The notes beneath the pieces were generated by a model. The model was not told where the DNA came from. It made no database searches and saw only the letters and a list, made by a program, of their open reading frames with translations. Source: Auanema rhodensis (lineage: Eukaryota; Animalia; Nematoda). From it: a stretch of 64,000 bases of DNA. The stretch covers positions 19,654,001 through 19,718,000 of the forward strand of contig OZ059900.1 in the NCBI GenBank assembly GCA_964057225.1. Direction: 5' to 3'. Each line of letters opens with the position of its first letter. The first letter of the stretch is position 1. Both the position numbers and the translations under genes were made by a program. Of the stretch, positions 1 through 11,800 are shown piece after piece.

Positions 1-3000
1 GAAAAATACAAAAACACAGTATTTCCCATGAGAAATATTTTATTATGCTGGAAAACCAGTTTTTGGAAATTTCGCTGTAAACAAGGTTTTGACTTACGAT
101 TTCATGTGTTCAAACTCATGCAATGTCAATGAAACCTAGCTCAAAATTGTTCGTACAACGTCTAGTTCCACTTTCACGACAAAAAAACAGGGGTTAGAAA
201 ATTAAGGAAATTAGCATATTCTGAGGGCACGCCCCTTATGGCTAATATTGATTAAATCGATTTTTGTTCATATGAGTCGTCAAATGCAACGAATTTCAGC
301 GTGTTACATACTAAAATGAAGCATTTTACATGCTGAACACTAGAAAAATACAAAAACACAGTATTTCCCATGAGAAATATTTTATTATGCTGGAAAACCA
401 GTTTTTGGAAATTTCGCTGTAAACAAGGTTTTGACTTACGATTTCATGTGTTCAAACTCATGCAATGTCAATGAAACCCAGCTCAAAATTGTTCGTACAA
501 CGTCTAGTTCCACTTTCACGACAAAAAAACAGGGGTTAGAAAATTAAGGAAATTAGCATATTCTGAGGGCACGCCCCTTATGGCTAATATTGATTAAATC
601 GATTTTTGTTCATATGAGTCGTCAAATGCAACGAATTTCAGCGTGTTACATACTAAAATGAAGCATTTCACATGCTGAACACTAGAAAAATACAAAAACA
701 CAGTATTTCCCATGAGAAATATTTTATTATGCTGGAAAACCAGTTTTTGGAAATTTCGCTGTAAACAAGGTTTTGACTTACGATTTCATGTGTTCAAACT
801 CATGCAATGTCAATGAAACCTAGCTCAAAATTGTTCGTACAACGTCTAGTTCCACTTTCACGACAAAAAAACAGGGGTTAGAAAATTAAGGAAATTAGCA
901 TATTCTGAGGGCACGCCCCTTATGGCTAATATTGATTAAATCGATTTTTGTTCATATGAGTCGTCAAATGCAACGAATTTCAGCGTGTTACATACTAAAA
1001 TGAAGCATTTTACATGCTGAACACTAGAAAAATACAAAAACACAGTATTTCCCATGAGAAATATTTTATTATGCTGGAAAACCAGTTTTTGGAAATTTCG
1101 CTGTAAACAAGGTTTTGACTTACGATTTCATGTGTTCAAACTCATGCAATGTCAATGAAACCCAGCTCAAAATTGTTCGTACAACGTCTAGTTCCACTTT
1201 CACGACAAAAAAACAGGGGTTAGAAAATTAAGGAAATTAGCATATTCTGAGGGCACGCCCCTTATGGCTAATATTGATTAAATCGATTTTTGTTCATATG
1301 AGTCGTCAAATGCAACGAATTTCAGCGTGTTACATACTAAAATGAAGCATTTTACATGCTGAACACTAGAAAAATACAAAAACACAGTATTTCCCATGAG
1401 AAATATTTTATTATGCTGGAAAACCAGTTTTTGGAAATTTCGCTGTAAACAAGGTTTTGACTTACGATTTCATGTGTTCAAACTCATGCAATGTCAATGA
1501 AACCTAGCTCAAAATTGTTCGTACAACGTCTAGTTCCACTTTCACGACAAAAAAACAGGGGTTAGAAAATTAAGGAAATTAGCATATTCTGAGGGCACGC
1601 CCCTTATGGCTAATATTGATTAAATCGATTTTTGTTCATATGAGTCGTCAAATGCAACGAATTTCAGCGTGTTACATACTAAAATGAAGCATTTTACATG
1701 CTGAACACTAGAAAAATACAAAAACACAGTATTTCCCATGAGAAATATTTTATTATGCTGGAAAACCAGTTTTTGGAAATTTCGCTGTAAACAAGGTTTT
1801 GACTTACGATTTCATGTGTTCAAACTCATGCAATGTCAATGAAACCTAGCTCAAAATTGTTCGTACAACGTCTAGTTCCACTTTCACGACAAAAAAACAG
1901 GGGTTAGAAAATTAAGGAAATTAGCATATTCTGAGGGCACGCCCCTTATGGCTAATATTGATTAAATCGATTTTTGTTCATATGAGTCGTCAAATGCAAC
2001 GAATTTCAGCGTGTTACATACTAAAATGAAGCATTTTACATGCTGAACACTAGAAAAATACAAAAACACAGTATTTCCCATGAGAAATATTTTATTATGC
2101 TGGAAAACCAGTTTTTGGAAATTTCGCTGTAAACAAGGTTTTGACTTACGATTTCATGTGTTCAAACTCATGCAATGTCAATGAAACCTAGCTCAAAATT
2201 GTTCGTACAACGTCTAGTTCCACTTTCACGACTAAAAAACAGGGGTTAGAAAATTAAGGAAATTAGCATATTCTGAGGGCACGCCCCTTATGGCTAATAT
2301 TGATTAAATCGATTTTTGTTCATATGAGTCGTCAAATGCAACGAATTTCAGCGTGTTACATACTAAAATGAAGCATTTTACATGCTGAACACTAGAAAAA
2401 TACAAAAACACAGTATTTCCCATGAGAAATATTTTATTATGCTGGAAAACCAGTTTTTGGAAATTTCGCTGTAAACAAGGTTTTGACTTACGATTTCATG
2501 TGTTCAAACTCATGCAATGTCAATGAAACCCAGCTCAAAATTGTTCGTACAACGTCTAGTTCCACTTTAACGACAAAAAAACAGGGGTTAGAAAATTAAG
2601 GAAATTAGCATATTCTGAGGGCACGCCCCTTATGGCTAATATTGATTAAATCGATTTTTGTTCATATGAGTCGTCAAATGCAACGAATTTCAGCGTGTTA
2701 CATACTAAAATGAAGCATTTTACATGCTGAACACTAGAAAAATACAAAAACACAGTATTTCCCATGAGAAATATTTTATTATGCTGGAAAACCAGTTTTT
2801 GGAAATTTCGCTGTAAACAAGGTTTTGACTTACGATTTCATGTGTTCAAACTCATGCAATGTCAATGAAACCTAGCTCAAAATTGTTCGTACAACGTCTA
2901 GTTCCACTTTCACGACAAAAAAACAGGGGTTAGAAAATTAAGGAAATTAGCATATTCTGAGGGCACGCCCCTTATGGCTAATATTGATTAAATCGATTTT

Positions 3001-4015
3001 TGTTCATATGAGTCGTCAAATGCAACGAATTTCAGCGTGTTACATACTAAAATGAAGCATTTTACATGCTGAACACTAGAAAAATACAAAAACACAGTAT
3101 TTCCCATGAGAAATATTTTATTATGCTGGAAAACCAGTTTTTGGAAATTTCGCTGTAAACAAGGTTTTGACTTACGATTTCATGTGTTCAAACTCATGCA
3201 ATGTCAATGAAACCCAGCTCAAAATTGTTCGTACAACGTCTAGTTCCACTTTCACGACAAAAAAACAGGGGTTAGAAAATTAAGGAAATTAGCATATTCT
3301 GAGGGCACGCCCCTTATGGCTAATATTGATTAAATCGATTTTTGTTCATATGAGTCGTCAAATGCAACGAATTTCAGCGTGTTACATACTAAAATGAAGC
3401 ATTTTACATGCTGAACACTAGAAAAATACAAAAACACAGTATTTCCCATGAGAAATATTTTATTATGCTGGAAAACCAGTTTTTGGAAATTTCGCTGTAA
3501 ACAAGGTTTTGACTTACGATTTCATGTGTTCAAACTCATGCAATGTCAATGAAACCTAGCTCAAAATTGTTCGTACAACGTCTAGTTCCACTTTCACGAC
3601 AAAAAAACAGGGGTTAGAAAATTAAGGAAATTAGCATATTCTGAGGGCACGCCCCTTATGGCTAATATTGATTAAATCGATTTTTGTTCATATGAGTCGT
3701 CAAATGCAACGAATTTCAGCGTGTTACATACTAAAATGAAGCATTTTACATGCTGAACACTAGAAAAATACAAAAACACAGTATTTCCCATGAGAAATAT
3801 TTTATTATGCTGGAAAACCAGTTTTTGGAAATTTCGCTGTAAACAAGGTTTTGACTTACGATTTCATGTGTTCAAACTCATGCAATGTCAATGAAACCCA
3901 GCTCAAAATTGTTCGTACAACGTCTAGTTCCACTTTCACGACAAAAAAACAGGGGTTAGAAAATTAAGGAAATTAGCATATTCTGAGGGCACGCCCCTTA
4001 TGGCTAATATTGATT
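1..4015 (+). repeat. Satellite block 1, forward orientation (~11.7 monomers; continues left of the window)
   Basis: Head-to-tail forward monomers, ending at monomer position 253 (...ggctaatattgatt). Confidence 0.97.
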
Positions 4016-4026
4016 TTGTATTTTTC
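4005..4026. other. Inversion junction J1 (+ to -), 2-bp TT overlap
   Basis: ctaatattga-TT-ttgtatttttc joins forward position 253 to reverse position 13. Confidence 0.93.
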
Positions 4027-7000
4027 TAGTGTTCAGCATGTAAAATGCTTCATTTTAGTATGTAACACGCTGAAATTCGTTGCATTTGACGACTCATATG
4101 AACAAAAATCGATTTAATCAATATTAGCCATAAGGGGCGTACCCTCAGAATATGCTAATTTCCTTAATTTTCTAACCCCTGTTTTTTTGTCGTGAAAGTG
4201 GGACTAGACGTTGTACGAACAATTTTGAGCTAGGTTTCATTGACATTGCATGAGTTTGAACACATGAAATCGTAAGTCAAAACCTTGTTTACAGCGAAAT
4301 TTCCAAAAACTGGTTTTCCAGCATAATAAAATATTTCTCATGGGAAATACTGTGTTTTTGTATTTTTCTAGTGTTCAGCATGTAAAATGCTTCATTTTAG
4401 TATGTAACACGCTGAAATTCGTTGCATTTGACGACTCATATGAACAAAAATCGATTTAATCAATATTAGCCATAAGGGGCGTGCCCTCAGAATATGCTAA
4501 TTTCCTTAATTTTCTAACCCCTGTTTTTTTGTCGTGAAAGTGGAACTAGACGTTGTACGAACAATTTTGAGCTAGGTTTCATTGACATTGCATGAGTTTG
4601 AACACATGAAATCGTAAGTCAAAACCTTGTTTACAGCGAAATTTCCAAAAACTGGTTTTCCAGCATAATAAAATATTTCTCATGGGAAATACTGTGTTTT
4701 TGTATTTTTCTAGTGTTCAGCATGTAAAATGCTTCATTTTAGTATGTAACACGCTGAAATTCGTTGCATTTGACGACTCATATGAACAAAAATCGATTTA
4801 ATCAATATTAGCCATAAGGGGCGTGCCCTCAGAATATGCTAATTTCCTTAATTTTCTAACCCCTGTTTTTTGGCCGTGAAAGTGGGACTAGACGTTGTAC
4901 AAACACTTTTGAGCTAGGTTTTATTGACATTGCATGAGTTTGAACACATGAAATCGTAAGTCAAAACCTTGTTTACAGCGAAATTTCCAAAAACTGGTTT
5001 TCCAGCATAATAAAATATTTCTCATGGGAAATACTGTGTTTTTGTATTTTTCTAGTGTTCAGCATGTAAAATGCTTCATTTTAGTATGTAACACGCTGAA
5101 ATTCGTTGCATTTGACGACTCATATGAACAAAAATCGATTTAATCAATATTAGCCATAAGGGGCGTGCCCTCAGAATATGCTAATTTCCTTAATTTTCTA
5201 ACCCCTGTTTTTTTGTCGTGAAAGTGGGACTAGACGTTGTACGAACAATTTTGAGCTAGGTTTCATTGACATTGCATGAGTTTGAACACATGAAATCGTA
5301 AGTCAAAACCTTGTTTACAGCGAAATTTCCAAAAACTGGTTTTCCAGCATAATAAAATATTTCTCATGGGAAATACTGTGTTTTTGTATTTTTTTAGTGT
5401 TCAGCATGTAAAATGCTTCATTTTAGTATGTAACACGCTGAAATTCGTTGCATTTGACGACTCATATGAACAAAAATCGATTTAATCAATATTAGCCATA
5501 AGGGGCGTGCCCTCAGAATATGCTAATTCCCTTAATTTTCTAACCCCTGTTTTTTTGTCGTGAAAGTGGAACTAGACGTTGTACAAACAATTTTGAGCTA
5601 GGTTTCATTGACATTGCATGAGTTTGAACACATGAAATCGTAAGTCAAAACCTTGTTTACAGCGAAATTTCCAAAAACTGGTTTTCCAGCATAATAAAAT
5701 ATTTCTCATGGGAAATACTGTGTTTTTGTATTTTTCTAGTGTTCAGCATGTAAAATGCTTCATTTTAGTATGTAACACGCTGAAATTCGTTGCATTTGAC
5801 GACTCATATTAACAAAAATCGATTTAATCAATATTAGCCATAAGGGGCGTGCCCTCAGAATATGCTAATTTCCTTAATTTTCTAACCCCTGTTTTTTTGT
5901 CGTGAAAGTGGAACTAGACGTTGTACGAACAATTTTGAGCTAGGTTTCATTGACATTGCATGAGTTTGAACACATGAAATCGTAAGTCAAAACCTTGTTT
6001 ACAGCGAAATTTCCAAAAACTGGTTTTCCAGCATAATAAAATATTTCTCATGGGAAATACTGTGTTTTTGTATTTTTCTAGTGTTCAGCATGTAAAATAC
6101 TTCATTTTAGTATGTAACACGCTGAAATTCGTTGCATTTGACGACTCATATGAACAAAAATCGATTTAATCAATATTAGCCATAAGGGGCGTGCCCTCAG
6201 AATATGCTAATTCCCTTAATTTTCTAACCCCTGTTTTTTTGTCGTGAAAGTGGAACTAGACGTTGTACAAACAATTTTGAGCTAGGTTTCATTGACATTG
6301 CATGAGTTTGAACACATGAAATCGTAAGTCAAAACCTTGTTTACAGCGAAATTTCCAAAAACTGGTTTTCCAGCATAATAAAATATTTCTCATGGGAAAT
6401 ACTGTGTTTTTGTATTTTTCTAGTGTTCAGCATGTAAAATGCTTCATTTTAGTATGTAACACGCTGAAATTCGTTGCATTTGACGACTCATATTAACAAA
6501 AATCGATTTAATCAATATTAGCCATAAGGGGCGTGCCCTCAGAATATGCTAATTTCCTTAATTTTCTAACCCCTGTTTTTTTGTCGTGAAAGTGGAACTA
6601 GACGTTGTACGAACAATTTTGAGCTAGGTTTCATTGACATTGCATGAGTTTGAACACATGAAATCGTAAGTCAAAACCTTGTTTACAGCGAAATTTCCAA
6701 AAACTGGTTTTCCAGCATAATAAAATATTTCTCATGGGAAATACTGTGTTTTTGTATTTTTCTAGTGTTCAGCATGTAAAATACTTCATTTTAGTATGTA
6801 ACACGCTGAAATTCGTTGCATTTGACGACTCATATGAACAAAAATCGATTTAATCAATATTAGCCATAAGGGGCGTGCCCTCAGAATATGCTAATTCCCT
6901 TAATTTTCTAACCCCTGTTTTTTTGTCGTGAAAGTGGAACTAGACGTTGTACGAACAATTTTGAGCTAGGTTTCATTGACATTGCATGAGTTTGAACACA

Positions 7001-8814
7001 TGAAATCGTAAGTCAAAACCTTGTTTACAGCGAAATTTCCAAAAACTGGTTTTCCAGCATAATAAAATATTTCTCATGGGAAATACTGTGTTTTTGTATT
7101 TTTCTAGTGTTCAGCATGTAAAATGCTTCATTTTAGTATGTAACACGCTGAAATTCGTTGCATTTGACGACTCATATGAACAAAAATCGATTTAATCAAT
7201 ATTAGCCATAAGGGGCGTACCCTCAGAATATGCTAATTTCCTTAATTTTCTAACCCCTGTTTTTTTGTCGTGAAAGTGGGACTAGACGTTGTACGAACAA
7301 TTTTGAGCTAGGTTTCATTGACATTGCATGAGTTTGAACACATGAAATCGTAAGTCAAAACCTTGTTTACAGCGAAATTTCCAAAAACTGGTTTTCCAGC
7401 ATAATAAAATATTTCTCATGGGAAATACTGTGTTTTTGTATTTTTCTAGTGTTCAGCATGTAAAATGCTTCATTTTAGTATGTAACACGCTGAAATTCGT
7501 TGCATTTGACGACTCATATGAACAAAAATCGATTTAATCAATATTAGCCATAAGGGGCGTGCCCTCAGAATATGCTAATTTCCTTAATTTTCTAACCCCT
7601 GTTTTTTTGTCGTGAAAGTGGAACTAGACGTTGTACGAACAATTTTGAGCTAGGTTTCATTGACATTGCATGAGTTTGAACACATGAAATCGTAAGTCAA
7701 AACCTTGTTTACAGCGAAATTTCCAAAAACTGGTTTTCCAGCATAATAAAATATTTCTCATGGGAAATACTGTGTTTTTGTATTTTTCTAGTGTTCAGCA
7801 TGTAAAATGCTTCATTTTAGTATGTAACACGCTGAAATTCGTTGCATTTGACGACTCATATGAACAAAAATCGATTTAATCAATATTAGCCATAAGGGGC
7901 GTGCCCTCAGAATATGCTAATTTCCTTAATTTTCTAACCCCTGTTTTTTGGCCGTGAAAGTGGGACTAGACGTTGTACAAACACTTTTGAGCTAGGTTTT
8001 ATTGACATTGCATGAGTTTGAACACATGAAATCGTAAGTCAAAACCTTGTTTACAGCGAAATTTCCAAAAACTGGTTTTCCAGCATAATAAAATATTTCT
8101 CATGGGAAATACTGTGTTTTTGTATTTTTCTAGTGTTCAGCATGTAAAATGCTTCATTTTAGTATGTAACACGCTGAAATTCGTTGCATTTGACGACTCA
8201 TATGAACAAAAATCGATTTAATCAATATTAGCCATAAGGGGCGTGCCCTCAGAATATGCTAATTTCCTTAATTTTCTAACCCCTGTTTTTTTGTCGTGAA
8301 AGTGGGACTAGACGTTGTACGAACAATTTTGAGCTAGGTTTCATTGACATTGCATGAGTTTGAACACATGAAATCGTAAGTCAAAACCTTGTTTACAGCG
8401 AAATTTCCAAAAACTGGTTTTCCAGCATAATAAAATATTTCTCATGGGAAATACTGTGTTTTTGTATTTTTTTAGTGTTCAGCATGTAAAATGCTTCATT
8501 TTAGTATGTAACACGCTGAAATTCGTTGCATTTGACGACTCATATGAACAAAAATCGATTTAATCAATATTAGCCATAAGGGGCGTGCCCTCAGAATATG
8601 CTAATTCCCTTAATTTTCTAACCCCTGTTTTTTTGTCGTGAAAGTGGAACTAGACGTTGTACAAACAATTTTGAGCTAGGTTTCATTGACATTGCATGAG
8701 TTTGAACACATGAAATCGTAAGTCAAAACCTTGTTTACAGCGAAATTTCCAAAAACTGGTTTTCCAGCATAATAAAATATTTCTCATGGGAAATACTGTG
8801 TTTTTGTATTTTTC
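4027..8814 (-). repeat. Local higher-order duplication, 9-monomer (3078-bp) spacing
   Basis: Five consecutive monomers at 4027-5736 recur with the same variants at 7105-8814 (gtacc+gggact; consensus; ggccg/aaacact/tttatt; gggact+ttttttag; ccc+acaaac). Confidence 0.85.
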
Positions 8815-11800
8815 TAGTGTTCAGCATGTAAAATGCTTCATTTTAGTATGTAACACGCTGAAATTCGTTGCATTTGACGACTCATATGAACAAAAATCGA
8901 TTTAATCAATATTAGCCATAAGGGGCGTGCCCTCAGAATATGCTAATTTCCTTAATTTTCTAACCCCTGTTTTTTTGTCGTGAAAGTGGGACTAGACGTT
9001 GTACGAACAATTTTGAGCTAGGTTTCATTGACATTGCATGAGTTTGAACACATGAAATCGTAAGTCAAAACGTTGTTTACAGCGAAATTTCCAAAAACTG
9101 GTTTTCCAGCATAATAAAATATTTCTCATGGAAAATACTGTGTTTTTGTATTTTTCTAGTGTTCAGCATGTAAAATGCTTCATTTTAGTATGTAACACGC
9201 TGAAATTCGTTGCATTTGACGACTCATATGAACAAAAATCGATTTAATCAATATTAGCCATAAGGGGCGTGCCCTCAGAATATGCTAATTTCCTTAATTT
9301 TCTAACCCCTGTTTTTTTGTCGTGAAAGTGGAACTAGACGTTGTACGAACAATTTTGAGCTAGGTTTCATTGACATTGCATGAGTTTGAACACATGAAAT
9401 CGTAAGTCAAAACCTTGTTTACAGCGAAATTTCCAAAAACTGGTTTTCCAGCATAATAAAATATTTCTCATGGGAAATACTGTGTTTTTGTATTTTTCTA
9501 GTGTTCAGCATGTAAAATGCTTCATTTTAGTATGTAACACGCTGAAATTCGTTGCATTTGACGACTCATATGAACAAAAATCGATTTAATCAATATTAGC
9601 CATAAGGGGCGTGCCCTCAGAATATGCTAATTTCCTTAATTTTCTAACCCCTGTTTTTTTGTCGTGAAAGTGGAACTAGACGTTGTACGAACAATTTTGA
9701 GCTAGGTTTCATTGACATTGCATGAGTTTGAACACATGAAATCGTAAGTCAAAACCTTGTTTACAGCGAAATTTCCAAAAACTGGTTTTCCAGCATAATA
9801 AAATATTTCTCATGGGAAATACTGTGTTTTTGTATTTTTCTAGTGTTCAGCATGTAAAATGCTTCATTTTAGTATGTAACACGCTGAAATTCGTTGCATT
9901 TGACGACTCATATGAACAAAAATCGATTTAATCAATATTAGCCATAAGGGGCGTGCCCTCAGAATATGCTAATTTCCTTAATTTTCTAACCCCTGTTTTT
10001 TTGTCGTGAAAGTGGAACTAGACGTTGTACGAACAATTTTGAGCTAGGTTTCATTGACATTGCATGAGTTTGAACACATGAAATCGTAAGTCAAAACCTT
10101 GTTTACAGCGAAATTTCCAAAAACTGGTTTTCCAGCATAATAAAATATTTCTCATGGGAAATACTGTGTTTTTGTATTTTTCTAGTGTTCAGCATGTGAA
10201 ATGCTTCATTTTAGTATGTAACACGCTGAAATTCGTTGCATTTGACGACTCATATGAACAAAAATCGATTTAATCAATATTAGCCATAAGGGGCGTGCCC
10301 TCAGAATATGCTAATTTCCTTAATTTTCTAACCCCTGTTTTTTTGTCGTGAAAGTGGAACTAGACGTTGTACGAACAATTTTGAGCTAGGTTTCATTGAC
10401 ATTGCATGAGTTTGAACACATGAAATCGTAAGTCAAAACCTTGTTTACAGCGAAATTTCCAAAAACTGGTTTTCCAGCATAATAAAATATTTCTCATGGG
10501 AAATACTGTGTTTTTGTATTTTTCTAGTGTTCAGCATGTAAAATGCTTCATTTTAGTATGTAACACGCTGAAATTCGTTGCATTTGACGACTCATATGAA
10601 CAAAAATCGATTTAATCAATATTAGCCATAAGGGGCGTGCCCTCAGAATATGCTAATTTCCTTAATTTTCTAACCCCTGTTTTTTTGTCGTGAAAGTGGG
10701 ACTAGACGTTGTACGAACAATTTTGAGCTAGGTTTCATTGACATTGCATGAGTTTGAACACATGAAATCGTAAGTCAAAACCTTGTTTACAGCGAAATTT
10801 CCAAAAACTGGTTTTCCAGCATAATAAAATATTTCTCATGGAAAATACTGTGTTTTTGTATTTTTCTAGTGTTCAGCATGTAAAATGCTTCATTTTAGTA
10901 TGTAACACGCTGAAATTCGTTGCATTTGACGACTCATATGAACAAAAATCGATTTAATCAATATTAGCCATAAGGGGCGTGCCCTCAGAATATGCTAATT
11001 CCCTTAATTTTCTAACCCCTGTTTTTTTGTCGTGAAAGTGGAACTAGACGTTGTACGAACAATTTTGAGCTAGGTTTCATTGACATTGCATGAGTTTGAA
11101 CACATGAAATCGTAAGTCAAAACCTTGTTTACAGCGAAATTTCCAAAAACTGGTTTTCCAGCATAATAAAATATTTCTCATGGGAAATACTGTGTTTTTG
11201 TATTTTTCTAGTGTTCAGCATGTAAAATGCTTCATTTTAGTATGTAACACGCTGAAATTCGTTGCATTTGACGACTCATATGAACAAAAATCGATTTAAT
11301 CAATATTAGCCATAAGGGGCGTGCCCTCAGAATATGCTAATTTCCTTAATTTTCTAACCCCTGTTTTTTTGTCGTGAAAGTGGAACTAGACGTTGTACGA
11401 ACAATTTTGAGCTAGGTTTCATTGACATTGCATGAGTTTGAACACATGAAATCGTAAGTCAAAACCTTGTTTACAGCGAAATTTCCAAAAACTGGTTTTC
11501 CAGCATAATAAAATATTTCTCATGGGAAATACTGTGTTTTTGTATTTTTCTAGTTTTCAGCATGTAAAATGCTTCATTTTAGTATGTAACACGCTGAAAT
11601 TCGTTGCATTTGACGACTCATATGAACAAAAATCGATTTAATCAATATTAGCCATAAGGGGCGTGCCCTCAGAATATGCTAATTTCCTTAATTTTCTAAC
11701 CCCTGTTTTTTTGTCGTGAAAGTGGAACTAGACGTTGTACGAACAATTTTGAGCTAGGTTTCATTGACATTGCATGAGTTTGAACACATGAAATCGTAAG

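Noticed and set aside
28-132. Short ORF (ATG at 28 to TGA at 132, 34 codons) repeated in every monomer; 342 is divisible by 3
   Set aside because: All six frames of the monomer contain stop codons, there is no recognisable protein, and the length is within chance.
149-165. CENP-B box candidate gttcgtacaacgtctag
   Set aside because: It matches TTCG-NNNN-A but lacks the required CGGG end.
190-198. Telomere-like ggggttag motif / G-quadruplex
   Set aside because: There is a single non-tandem occurrence per monomer and too few G-runs for a G4.
1-342. Primate alpha-satellite dimer (2 x 171 bp)
   Set aside because: Only the length matches. I see no alphoid sequence motifs and the two halves are not clearly homologous.
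1-342. Assignment to a named satellite family (I recall a 342-bp AT-rich satellite in a Tribolium beetle)
   Set aside because: The recollection concerns length only and I cannot verify sequence identity. BLASTN of the monomer is needed.
1-342. Tandem 5S rRNA/tRNA/snRNA gene unit
   Set aside because: No recognisable 5S, tRNA cloverleaf or snRNA sequence is present in the monomer.
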